A stretch of 63,309 nucleotides of DNA, the filler included, from Licmophora abbreviata (taxonomy: Eukaryota), in the NCBI GenBank assembly GCA_900291995.1. It is 9 parts of 9 records of this genome, joined end to end, with 100 filler letters (N's around TTAATTAATTAA, not from the genome) between each part and the next. Parts side by side here need not be neighbours in the genome. Positions count along the whole stretch, not along the records: positions 36,542 to 53,795 come from OLMU01000235.1; positions 53,896 to 55,314 come from OLMU01000239.1; positions 55,415 to 56,887 come from OLMU01000240.1; positions 56,988 to 59,586 come from OLMU01000241.1; positions 59,687 to 61,614 come from OLMU01000242.1; positions 61,715 to 63,309 come from OLMU01000247.1; 3 more parts are not named here. One strand, given 5' to 3'. The notes below the pieces were generated by a model, which worked only from the letters and a program-made list of their open reading frames with translations, did not search any database and was not told where the DNA came from. How positions within the stretch are numbered: position 1 is the first letter of the stretch; every line of letters begins with the position of its first letter. Position numbers and translations under genes: made by a program. Shown here piece by piece: positions 51,901-61,715 of the stretch.

Positions 51901-52062
51901 CTGAAATGGCCACCAGAGGGACGAGTGATTGAACGAGATTGTACATGTGATATGTGGGACAAAATCCGATGTAAGGAAACTCTTCGACTAAGTGAAGCGC
52001 TTACGATTGTCTCAGCTCGCTCACAACCGTCCCTTCTGTATCAACCGACAGATCGTTACTAG
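48943..52062 (+). CDS. Type-B carboxylesterase (cholinesterase-like), signal or anchor bearing; probable 3n intron 51971-52051
   Basis: FGGIPYASPPVGNLRF, SEDCLHLNIF, WLHGGAF, NYRLGALGF and FGESSG (Ser); NKHEG (Glu); CHTAEL (His); terminal CDMWD. Confidence 0.93.
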   Translation: MPVGRRYRRRLLGLSVLFVAHAMIMMSVLAHQNETVYGDDPGFWEDLFQEIHRGGSSSSRPSARGGKATRGRPAAKSTSRGSFGSNTKLKQPAFSSESSSDTPIRHVGVTIPTYGKIQGTREEGIDFFGGIPYASPPVGNLRFAPPEPPTPWAPAKLDATHFGPDCWQLVDPVSNPAVTTDNMSEDCLHLNIFTPAGQSHSKKRRPVMVWLHGGAFQQGGARRPEYDGRRLAEREIVVVTLNYRLGALGFMVSSSDGLFGNFGLMDQRAALDWIARNIHAFGGDPDNITLFGESSGAVMIGLHLMMEGAGTSLFHRAIMQSNPLGYTFRSVVIADFIGEALKRSVDCRDLSCLRTERVEEIMRAQSSLMGVPRSVGDFFTWGPTLTSEMKVTFGGVASSYSNSAPFGMMSRSEEHRLFRNLDARWQPDSDVARWSAVNVSQPLKGLRLVPDKIPILIGSNKHEGEMFVHTAFPAPMPKAVYWMFVGALFRDSASRVLKHYRGYVDQVEEEAEALARSQIEEEENRMYYTEHKEHLENEYELLLKMNATGKAKVDTSIGVRALVNTWGGAQEGSALPGNNTRSWQQRLWRLPKGQGDDLTPTERVAKKVHLREERRVERKRAKALKEAAKVVVDYRPVMSRIIDDYLFRCPTWHYAHLISKDRERRGKHKNSVYVYRFSQPTHIPGYKECWGKSCHTAELPYAFQSMDIIRSNYSTLGPLAQREAPAAPEYPYTDILNAYRGALVSFDNYFSEEHSSNGAATKKEGPFLNMNHTYAFSRILSHFFGDYFKEDADEEIASDMTDRWAAFARAGDPNYDGSRADWIPWRYESTHHIGEDWSDNDDSHDNAWVIDGEYDYWSDIDEYEEKSDASWTQDKEGRAYRMRALSVLNMEVIEEDVFRTELRRRQPRPIDNELDKTFLASRFLFRSSLKRKDPSEVKSGPPISRRAIKEIIRVAQEMGVLGIGLAADDRWPDVDSDLDFFPELLELKWPPEGRVIERDCTCDMWDKIRCKETLRLSEALTIVSARSQPSLLYQPTDRY

Positions 52063-52114
52063 GAATTCGGAGCCCAGCTTGATATGCAATTGATCAGGAG
52101 ATAGACCGTTGTCA

Positions 52115-53310
52115 TTAACTCTCCGAGTTGGCCACAACTACATACGAGTCGTTCAGCTCACATGTTTGACGAAGCCCACCGATAGCTTGTAAGGAAGGGA
52201 GATGCCGCTTGAACTGCGCCACAGCCGTATTATAAAGTAGATACTCTTCGGGAAAGTATTCCTTTGTTCGCTTCCGCAGTTCGCTCCTTTTCTCTTCTTC
52301 GGCGTTGCTGTTCTGTTTGGGCGCTGTATTGGTTAGGAAATCGTCGGAATCGAGAAAGTCCTCCACTGTATCCATACCAAGCGACATTTCTCCCGCTAGC
52401 AGTCTCAAGCTGGCTTCAAAGCATTCATTCACCAAGACTGTCACTTTGTCACCTTCGATCATTTCGATCGCTTCGTCGATCGTGTCGGCCAAATACTCGT
52501 GCTGAGGCGAATGCGGCATACCATCCCGGTGGGCGAGGTGCAGCCATCCCTCAAAATCTCCTTTCAGAACGCAGTCGTATTGAGCTTGTGTATGATCTCC
52601 TCTCCACATACCCGGTTCTATGCCCAGTGCGTTGCGTCTATGGACATAATGAAAGTAAGACCACAGTCGATCAAAGGGCTCTCGTACAATCGTAAACGAG
52701 CGTAGGGAGATGTTGATACTATGATGATTCCCATGCTTTCGTCGATCGTAGGGCGCCTGCTGTGCCACCCACTTGCCTGCAGCTTTCTTCCACGTCTCTA
52801 TGTTGATACTATACTCCGTATGAGAGCACACGCTGGACGGATATTCTGGCCGTTCCATGCCATCTGTAGGCTCTGGCCCGTAGAGGCATGCCAGCCCCTC
52901 GTAACGCCGAAGACTCTTTGCCTTGTCCATAAGAATTCTATCCAGATCCATCAAACCGCTGTATTCGTCTAGATAATGGACCATTGAAGTGCTGTTATTT
53001 GTCGTAGAGAGGAGTTGTTGTGAGCACGACGGGCCGCTTCTCAATCACACTGGGAAACTTCAACATCCACCACTTCATATCGTTCACTCCTTACTTGCCT
53101 TCCCGTCTTGGGGATCCTGAGGAAGTTTATGAATTTTTGTTCATGCCGTATCCTCACCGCCTCCGTCTCGATAATCGAATCGACTCCGACGACAGGATGA
53201 TGGTTGCCCCCGGCATTGTTGATCGACGGCAGCAATGAGGTGCTCAACAACACCACAAGAACCCAGAATGAGGTGACGGAAACGATCAAGTTTGAGAAAA
53301 TAGCCGCCAT
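52115..53310 (-). CDS. Membrane-anchored sulfotransferase-family protein; GC-AG intron 52992-53098
   Basis: N-terminal TM anchor. The spliced 5'-PSB motif is FLRIPKTGSTS and the 3'-PB motif is FTIVREPFDRLWSYFHY. Confidence 0.88.
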
Positions 53311-53795
53311 CTTTTCGTAAGGATGCGAGTGAAGGCCGCTAGTCGATGTTTGATGGCTTCCATCGAAACATCGGATCTTTAGAGACGCGTGACACACTCA
53401 CTGGGTTTGACTGGTTGAACACAATCACGCGACGTTCGAACTACTCGTTTGAGTCGTGATATTGTGAGTGACTCGTCCGCGTCCGTCCAAGTTTTTCAGT
53501 CGCCTCGCCCAGCGCGACCGTTACGTCATTGTGCGTTTGGGATGTCCGCGACTTGACTGCCACGATAGAACAAAAACGACTAGCTCGACTCAAAGAGCTG
53601 GTGGAGAGCAAGCACGAGGTGAGAGGTGGTTGGATCGCTTTGCCTCAGTACAGGACCACAACTTTTGTTGAAGAGCTGCTCGAGTGATTGCCCAAACTGC
53701 AGCAAAGTAAGACAGAAGGGGACGGCGACGGTGGATGGAGAAGAAAAACCTATCCAGAACTAATCTCTACCACCGGATGTACAGTAGCTATTACT

Positions 53796-53895
53796 NNNNN
53801 NNNNNNNNNNNNNNNNNNNNNNNNNNNNNNNNNNNNNNNTTAATTAATTAANNNNNNNNNNNNNNNNNNNNNNNNNNNNNNNNNNNNNNNNNNNN
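53796..53895. other. Artificial assembly spacer
   Basis: 44N-TTAATTAATTAA-44N. Confidence 0.99.
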
Positions 53896-55626
53896 CATCG
53901 CCGGCAACTGGGGCGTAAACAAGGGAGGCGGCGTCGCCAGCGTCGGTGCAAAAATCTCAAAGAATGGAGGCATGAGGTGACGACCAGACCCACGAAGGAA
54001 CTTCTCCCTAGCCTTGACCTCGTCAGAACGCATCGATGCCAATCGTTCCATCATGGCAGAGGACGTGGATGATACAGCGCTTCCATACGCCCGTCGTCTC
54101 CGAAGCTCCGATAAGAAGTCGCGATAACTGTCAGGCAGCTCCTCCACGTGCTCCAGGTGAATCATATTCTCACACTGCTGAGCTAGAGCGTCGCGAATCA
54201 CAACGACCGTCGAGTTCACGCGCTGAATCCCCGATTGTGCCACACTTACTTCGCGTAGACGAGCCTTCATTCGTTTCATGGCATTTGTCTTGGTCTCTGC
54301 TACCTTATTCATCAGCTCAAGTAGCAAGGCGTCTTCTCTCTGCATGGACGGCAAAATATCGGCAGCTGCCGTCGACATGTCTTCCAAGGTTGAAAAGGCC
54401 GACTGGGCACTCGCTCCCCCTCCCTCGATCGCGTTCATGACAACCTTGACAACTACCCCGTGGTCAGATGTGAGGCGATCCAGTCGTTGAGCCTGCCTAT
54501 CACGAATTTCTTTTCCAGTGCCCTCCAACTCAGCCCATAATGCTTTGATGTCATCCTCGGCGGCCAAATCCTCTACAGCTTCTTGCTGACGAGATGCGGC
54601 GGTACCAAGCTGCACAAAGGACTCGCTTAATTCGTCAAACATCGTCACTAGGCGCTGATGAGATGTCTGACACTGCGCAGCCCATGCCCGTTCACGTTCC
54701 ACAGGCACGGTATCCAACAAGGTTTCCATGACTCGACCGGACGCACGCGCAACTGCCACAAGCGACGGATGCAGCTGAACAGCTCCCAGCGACGCCAGAA
54801 GCGATTCAAATCGGTTGAGCAAGGACGAATGCGCTGATGTTTTGGCTTGAAAATTTGCCGTCAGTTCCGATCTCGTTCGAAGAACTCCGTTGAAATGTAC
54901 CGACAAGTTGGAGACGGCCGCTCGTAGGGCTCTCGCCATGACGGCTTGCTCCGCAACACACGTCTGGCAAGCTCTCATCCGCATATCGGCACCGTCCGCT
55001 AACACTCGGCCCTGACATAAGTGCAGCATGAAACGACGCTCGTAAACTTCCAACGCCTGGTGAAGCGGCGTCGATTGCGATGGCTGCAAGTGCAAAGGGC
55101 TGGGCCCAGGTTCCGTTGGGAGTTTCAATTCTGCGGGCTCCAATACACAGGGCGGCGTCTCCGGCGCATTTTCAGACAAGGCCTGCTTGGAAAATAAAAA
55201 GAGACGACGGGCTCCAGAGCGCTCTGTGGTGGAAAGAATACTGGTATCCGCGTCTTCCTGATCCCCGAGCCGCAACGAATTCAGTACTTCCTGAGATTGT
55301 AGTGTGGAATCTTTNNNNNNNNNNNNNNNNNNNNNNNNNNNNNNNNNNNNNNNNNNNNTTAATTAATTAANNNNNNNNNNNNNNNNNNNNNNNNNNNNNN
55401 NNNNNNNNNNNNNNACATGGTTCGACCTTCCTCGTCCAGGATACTTCGAGCAAAAACTACCGCTGAACACACGAATCACGAACACGGAGACTCTCGAGTA
55501 TGCATACAGACATACATGCAAAGGCACTTACGTCAATTCGGCGGGATGTAATGAGATATGATAGCTGAACCCTGTGCTCGCGACCAAGACGCGAACCTGA
55601 ATTGGAGATGTCATGATCCCAGCCAT
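53896..55626 (-). CDS. ATG11: Autophagy protein ATG11/FIP200 (Atg17-like domain), partial; probable first exon 55532-55626 lies across the gap at 55315-55414
   Basis: RRLFLFSKQAL, EQAVMARALRAAVSNL, LPDSYRDFLSELRRRR and EVKAREKF. N-terminal exon (MAGI)MTSPIQVRVLVASTG...|GTAAGT. Confidence 0.8.
55315..55414. other. Artificial assembly spacer (inside the ATG11 locus)
   Basis: 44N-TTAATTAATTAA-44N. Confidence 0.99.
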
Positions 55627-56068
55627 GTCGTGAGTGCTTTTGGTCTCGGAAATGTCGAGAACAAGACCGTCGAATGAAGACCCCCCACGGCAGTAGACAA
55701 GACTATTGACGCTTCGCACTTTGCAGAGAAATGCGTGAGAGTGCCGCGATCGAATTCGAAGTCTGCTCAAAATTCTTACGACATTTTTATACTTCCTCAA
55801 CGCCGAATGCTTGGAAATCATTCCAGTCATTCTGATATACAATATTATTATTTGTTTTCCTCAGATACGAAGAATGATTACAAAATTACAGAATATGGCG
55901 CGCCCCACAACCCACAAAACGACGACTACGATACGATGGGATGACGAGTCTGTGATTGATGTGCTAAATTATTTCACTCTTATCTCCAGTCAACCGCCGT
56001 TTGTCTGATGAAGGGGAACGGGCCGCTCGACGGGCTGCGACAATTTGTCGTGTTTTTACTTTGCCACC

Positions 56069-56887
56069 ATGGATGAGGGAAAGCTTGAGTCGATGGCGGC
56101 TCCACCGACCGCTGCCCAATCCGCACTCGCTGCACCATCAGACCGATCGTTGCGTGTGCCTTGCTATTGTGAAGAAAACGTCTGGCGATTAGCATATCGA
56201 AAGACTCGAACCGATGGGACTCGCTCACGGTACTACGTCGCTTTCATATCGAACGAGCGCAAGTGCGTCCCCATGTTTCAACAGGTCGCCGCGGACGACC
56301 CAAGCCGAGCCTGTTGTTGGGACTATCATGTTATTTTACTCCAGCAAACAGATGGTTCCGAAGACGAAACCTCGACAGTCGTACTGGACATGGACAGTCG
56401 TTTGCCATATCCTTGTCCCCTCGCCGTCTACCTTCGCAATTCGTTCCCTGATGAGCTGTTCGATTCCACCAATCCCTATGCTCCTTGCTTTCGGTAAGGA
56501 TCGATCAATTGTTTGGACTGCCATACTCTAGGAACTGTACTCTTGTCGCGCAGCTGGTTGCTCACGCGTCTTTTATTCTTCATTGCAGAATCATTCCTGC
56601 GGCTGCGTACCTCGGAAACTTCTCGAGTGACCGTATGCATATGTACGACAAGTTGACAGCAAAATGGTCGGCCCCGCCACCGGAGTATGCCTGTATTCAG
56701 TCCAAGGTGGAAGACCCATCAAATCTGAGCAAGTATTGGGATACAGCAACAGATAGGATCCAGAATAGAAACGAGCTGGCCATGTGGAACGAGAAAGAGG
56801 CTGCTGGGTCGGCTTACGGGGTGGTCTTGACCACGTCTCAGCTACAACGCTGCTTTCGAGATCATTGTTTGTATACGAGGGAAGCAC
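56069..56887 (+). CDS. NTAQ1: Protein N-terminal glutamine amidohydrolase; intron 56494-56588; stop lost in the gap
   Basis: CYCEENVWRL, WDYHVILL, LDMDSRLPYPC and FSSDRMHM. Confidence 0.94.
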
Positions 56888-56987
56888 NNNNNNNNNNNNN
56901 NNNNNNNNNNNNNNNNNNNNNNNNNNNNNNNTTAATTAATTAANNNNNNNNNNNNNNNNNNNNNNNNNNNNNNNNNNNNNNNNNNNN
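56888..56987. other. Artificial assembly spacer
   Basis: 44N-TTAATTAATTAA-44N. Confidence 0.99.
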
Positions 56988-59218
56988 AGGAGAACATGCC
57001 ACTGATGGACGACGCAGTATGCTCGTGGGCCGCGATGCCGAATCTGTCATCTCAGACAGCGTAGTAGCGGTAGAAGTCGACGTAGGAGAGGGAAAAGCCT
57101 GTTGAGGAAAGAGAAGCGGCGAAAACAGAGAATACAGAGTGAGCAACATCCCCAAAAATTGCGGGAAAGGGAGCAATTGGAGCAATCAGCAGTTTCTCGA
57201 TCGTTTCGACGTACCGTCACGCCGCGACTTTTGCCCTCAGCTGGCTTGCACACTTCCTCAATAGATCGCTTCCATATCTCAGGCACTGCTGGGGCAGCGA
57301 CGGTGGCATCACTCTCTGGATCGGCGGACAGCTTTCGGCGTTTCCACGGTCGGCCAACAGCTGGCTTGCACACTTCCTCAATAGATCGCTTCCGTGTCTC
57401 AGGCCCTGCTGGGGCAGCGCCGGTGGCATCACTCGCTGGATCGGCGGGCAGCTTTCGGCGTTTCCACGGTCGGCCTGTCGACGGCTCGCATACTTCCGCA
57501 ATAGATCGCTTCCGTATCTCAGGCCCTGCTGGGGCAGCGACGGTGACATCACTCTCTGGATCGGCGGCCGCGGACAGCTTTCGGCGCTTCGACGGTCGGC
57601 CTGTCGACGGTTCGCACACTGCATCATTGGAACGCTTCTGGGCCCTAGGCTCTGGGTGCACGACAACTACCTTCTTACCGGGAGGAGGGAGAAGCTGGCA
57701 TCGATTCTCATCCTCGTCCAAGCGATAAAGAAAGTTCGCCTGGGTATCGTACCTAGCACAGATTGGGTGGTAGAGCTCACCGGTCTTCACGCAGGTGAGA
57801 AATCCCGACTCTTCGATGACCTTATCGTGATTGTGTCGTGAGCCTTCGTAGTGTTGCTCCTTGTAAGCAGTGCTGACCATCTTGGCCATCTCCTTGGGCG
57901 ACCGATGCATCGCCTTTTTCTCTTCTGGCGTGTAGCAGGTCCTGTCTGGAATCAGGCAGAGCGCAGGCGATCGAATATTGTCCTCGAGGAACGTGACAGA
58001 ACGGGTCTTTCGACGACGAGTTTTGCCGCTGGTCAAAAGAATCGACGTGGCAATGCAACTTGAAGAGACTCTCTCAACGACCGAAACGACATTGACATCC
58101 GTAGGCATGACTTCCTCCATCAGCACATTGCCGTCCTTGTCGCGCTTCCGAGACTGTAGAGCGACACTACGGGTGGTAGTGACCTCCATCACCACGTCAC
58201 CGTCCGTGTCGACCTTCCAGAAAGGTACGGCACCACGACTCGTGTCGGGAAGGGCCTCCATGACGACATCGCCGTCCTTGTCAACGTGGCATGGTGATGT
58301 AGATTTTCCATCTGAACTCGCATCATCCATCAAAACGTCGCCGTCGTTGTCTGTTTTCGTAGCAGCAACAGCAGGCTTGGGCAACCAGAAGAAGGGAGTG
58401 GGTGCTTTCGGAATCGTCGGTGCCATAGGTTGAGCGTTTGCTGGATTGGCGGAAGTTGCCGATGGTAGGAGAGCGCTTGCGGGCTGCAATGCAGACGCCG
58501 GGGCAATAGTGGAAGCTGCAGTGGATTTGTCAGCAGTGACCTTCATCACCACATCGCCGTCCTTGTCGACCTTCAGGAAAGGTACGGCAGCAAGACTTGT
58601 GTCAGGAAGAGACTCCATCACGACATCACCGTCCTTGTCGACATGGCACAGTGGTGCAGTCTCATCCCCTGAGCCAGAGTCGCCCATCAACACATCGCCA
58701 TCGTCGTCCGTTTTTGCCACAGTAGCAGCAGATATGGGCAACCAGAAGAAGGGAGTGACTGCTTGCGATGTCACCGCCGTAGGTTGAGCCCTTGCGGGGT
58801 TGGAAGCGAGTACCGCTGGAGGAAGAGAACTCGTCCGTCGCAATGAAGAGGCCGCCATTCCAGACGGTGTGCTAGTGGTAGTAGAAGAAGACGTGTTCAA
58901 CCAGAAGAAGGGGTGGGTCGCGTTGGACATCGTCACCGCCGTAGACTGAGCGCCGTCGGGTGTGGAAGAGAGTACCGCAGCATCCGCCATTCCAGACGGT
59001 GTAGTAGTGGTAGTAGAACTCGCAGACGAGCCAAAAGCCTGTAGAGATGGAAAAAGAGACGACAAGAGATTGCGAAACGTGAGAGAAGGGCGCCGAAGAA
59101 TTTCAAAAATGGCGGGAACACGACAGTCGACGATATCACGCTTGTTTGGACACACCTTCGCTCCGCGGCTTTTGATCTCTCCAACGAGATACTTGAACGT
59201 ATCAATGATGAAACTCAT
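56988..59218 (-). CDS. Repeat-rich hypothetical protein (seven DxDG[DN]V[VL]M motifs, 40-aa basic repeats); probable introns 59039-59155 and 57099-57214; continues into the gap
   Basis: Long ORF. Both introns are phase-0 GT-AG with pyrimidine tracts. ATG 59218 begins MSFIIDTFKYL. Confidence 0.75.
57238..57640. repeat. Coding tandem repeat with a 120-126 bp unit, about 3.3 copies
   Basis: ctggcttgcacacttcctcaatagatcgcttcc occurs at 57241 and 57361, with variants at about 57481 and 57607. Confidence 0.92.
58180..58820. repeat. Internal coding duplication with a period of about 357-360 bp
   Basis: The PFFWLP...KTD.DGDVLM...PLCH/SPCHVDKDGDVVME.LPDTS..AVPF.KVD.DGDVVM block occurs twice. Confidence 0.88.
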
Positions 59219-59586
59219 GGTTGCAACAGTGAATGTACTCAACGGTAAAAGTATTTCAACAAACTCAGGGTATGGCATATGCTCAATCTTGAATTTGTGA
59301 GCTTCATCGCGCTTCATCACTCGTCGAGAAAACGAGGTTGCGTTTGAGGATTGTTTTGGAAACCGCCCCCCGACTTTGAATTTGAATTAACGGGACTGGC
59401 GCAGACGACTCGGGCATGAAATGAAACGCATCATGGAGGGGAGCGAGACAGAAGAGGCAGCTGAATTCGGAAGGTTCATGGTCAATCAATGTCGCGCTAT
59501 CAAAAGTTTGGGCTTGGGGCGGCACCCGAGAGGTGAGACACCGTCGCGCATGCTGTCATGATGTCTACGTGTCATCGTCGTAGTAT

Positions 59587-59686
59587 NNNNNNNNNNNNNN
59601 NNNNNNNNNNNNNNNNNNNNNNNNNNNNNNTTAATTAATTAANNNNNNNNNNNNNNNNNNNNNNNNNNNNNNNNNNNNNNNNNNNN
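59587..59686. other. Artificial assembly spacer
   Basis: 44N-TTAATTAATTAA-44N. Confidence 0.99.
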
Positions 59687-59995
59687 CTGAATGACGTCGA
59701 GAAAGGCGGCGAGACGTCATTTCCTCGATGGATGTCGGCTGAGTCGGGCGATCCTCTGAAAGTACAACCCGAGAAGGGAAAGCTGTGCTTTTCTACTCTT
59801 TCCTTCCTGACGGAAATATGGACGAACGGAGTCAACACGCCGCGTCGCCTGTTATCCAGGGAGAGAAGTGGTTGACAAATCTATGGTACGAGCGAGTATG
59901 TCGGGGCGCGCTCTCACATACATTTCACTCGACACCACTCATCATCTGCATTGCACGTGCTCATCAGGGTATGGGACCCTTACTTCTATGGGTAG
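59687..59995 (+). CDS. C-terminal fragment of a prolyl 4-hydroxylase alpha-type protein; intron 59886-59967; apparent frameshift at 59779-59781
   Basis: LNDVEKGGETSFP...PEKG[K]AVLFYS..DG..D..SQHAASPV..GEKWLTNLWVWDP. Confidence 0.88.
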
Positions 59996-60078
59996 CGGTG
60001 TGGAGATACCCAGCCATTTTTTTTAAAAAGCATAGCATAAGACTAGTAATTTTGTCTAAACGACGCTGCCAGTGTGAT

Positions 60079-61614
60079 CTATAGAATGTACCTGGACAAA
60101 TCACTCTTGATCATGACGTCCGACAGCCTCTCTTCCACCAATCCTTTGTCTACCGTCAAGACTGACCCTTTTTCCATCTCTGCCGCTTCAAAACTCAAAT
60201 CTTCCATGATACGCTCCATAACAGTGTGAAGCCTTCGTGCTCCAATATTTTCTACCGTCTTGTTCAGCAAAGCCGCAGTGCGCGCAATCTCACGAATAGC
60301 TTCGTCCTCAAAGTCTAGCGATACGCCTTCCAATGAAACGAGCTCCACCTGTTGACGAACAAGCTGTCGTAGAACAAGCAAAGTCAAACGGCTTTAGAAA
60401 ACGAAGCAAAAGCAAGCCATGTCTGAAATCACAAATCAACGAGTACTCACATTCGCGACCGGCTCCGTTAGAATCTTGTACAGATCTTGTTCCGTGAGTC
60501 CATTCAACTCGACGCGAATGGGCAGTCGCCCTTGTAGTTCTGGCAGCATATCACTCGGCTTCACGGCATGAAATGCCCCGCTGGCAACAAAAAGAATGTA
60601 GTCCGTGTTGACGTTTCCGTACTTTGTGTTGAGTGGTGCCCTCAATCAGCGGCAAGAGATCCCGTTGCACTCCCTCGGCGCTCGCGTCGGCGCTACGCGA
60701 CATGAAATCGCGTGAACTGCAGATTTTGTCGATTTCGTCGATAAAGACGATCCCGCTCTCCTCAACTGCTGTAATCGCTTCCTTCTTTAGATCCACATTG
60801 TCCAAGAGACGCTCCAGCTCGACTTCGAGAATGACATCCCGTGCTTCTGAAACTGGCATCTTCTTCCTTTCCATGGGCTGCTTCCTCTGACCAGGACTCG
60901 TCATTTTGCTCAGCAGATCCGACATGGCCGCAACGTTGGGATTCGAGGTATCGCCCATGAAGTCATTTTTCGTTTCGCCTGTTTCGGGTATATCAACTTC
61001 AATCTCCTGGTCGTCCAACATGCCCTGTCTCAACATATCGAGAAAGCTATCGCGATTTCGCGCTCCCTTCTTGTCATCCTCGCCATCACTACCCGTAGAA
61101 GTACCACCAGCAGACGGCCCCATCAAGAGGTCCAGAATACGATCCTCCACTAGGACTTTCGCTTGCTCCTTCAACAAGCCCGTCTGCTGCTTCCGCGTGA
61201 GGGCCATACTGACATCCATCAAGTCGCGTATGATCTGATCGACATCGCGTCCATGATAACCCACTTCCGTAAACTTGGTAGCCTCGACTTTCAGAAAGGG
61301 CGCATCCCCCAAGGCGGCCATGCGGCGCGCCACTTCGGTTTTTCCACAGCCCGTGGGTCCAATCATGAGTACATTGCGCGGTGTGACTTCCTTTTTGATT
61401 TCGGGAGAGAGCTGACGGCGACGCCATCGGTTGCGCAAGGCAATGGCGACGGCGCGTTTGGCATCATTCTGGCCGACAATGTGACGATCCAACTCGTGTA
61501 CGACTTGCAGAGGGCGAAGCGTGCTCTCCAAGTCCGGGGGAGGCTTGTCCGAGTCCTTCAGTTCCTGAATAGTCGCAGGAGGGACTGGTTTGGCGGAGGA
61601 AGAATCGTCGTCGA
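60079..61614 (-). CDS. hslU: HslU (ClpY) AAA+ ATPase, 5' partial; intron 60364-60450; frameshift at about 60631
   Basis: [21 protein letters not shown] (Walker A), [33 protein letters not shown] and [10 protein letters not shown]. Confidence 0.96.
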
Positions 61615-61714
61615 NNNNNNNNNNNNNNNNNNNNNNNNNNNNNNNNNNNNNNNNNNNNTTAATTAATTAANNNNNNNNNNNNNNNNNNNNNNNNNNNNNN
61701 NNNNNNNNNNNNNN
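61615..61714. other. Artificial assembly spacer
   Basis: 44N-TTAATTAATTAA-44N. Confidence 0.99.
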
Positions 61715-61715
61715 G

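Noticed and set aside
57238..57640. 120-bp repeat as a CRISPR array or satellite
   Set aside because: There are no unique spacers, the unit is a multiple of 3 within an ORF, and the context is eukaryotic.
21596..61614. Proteostasis 'cluster' (F-box, EGY, ClpP, ATG11, NTAQ1, HslU)
   Set aside because: The products act in different compartments, and the genes are interspersed with unrelated ones and separated by gaps. There is no evidence of a functional cluster.
19552..61714. Eight identical TTAATTAATTAA palindromes as a repeat family or CRISPR-like array
   Set aside because: Each is embedded in exactly 44+44 Ns. It is an artificial six-frame stop linker, and ORFs ending in X...N/LIN are artefacts.
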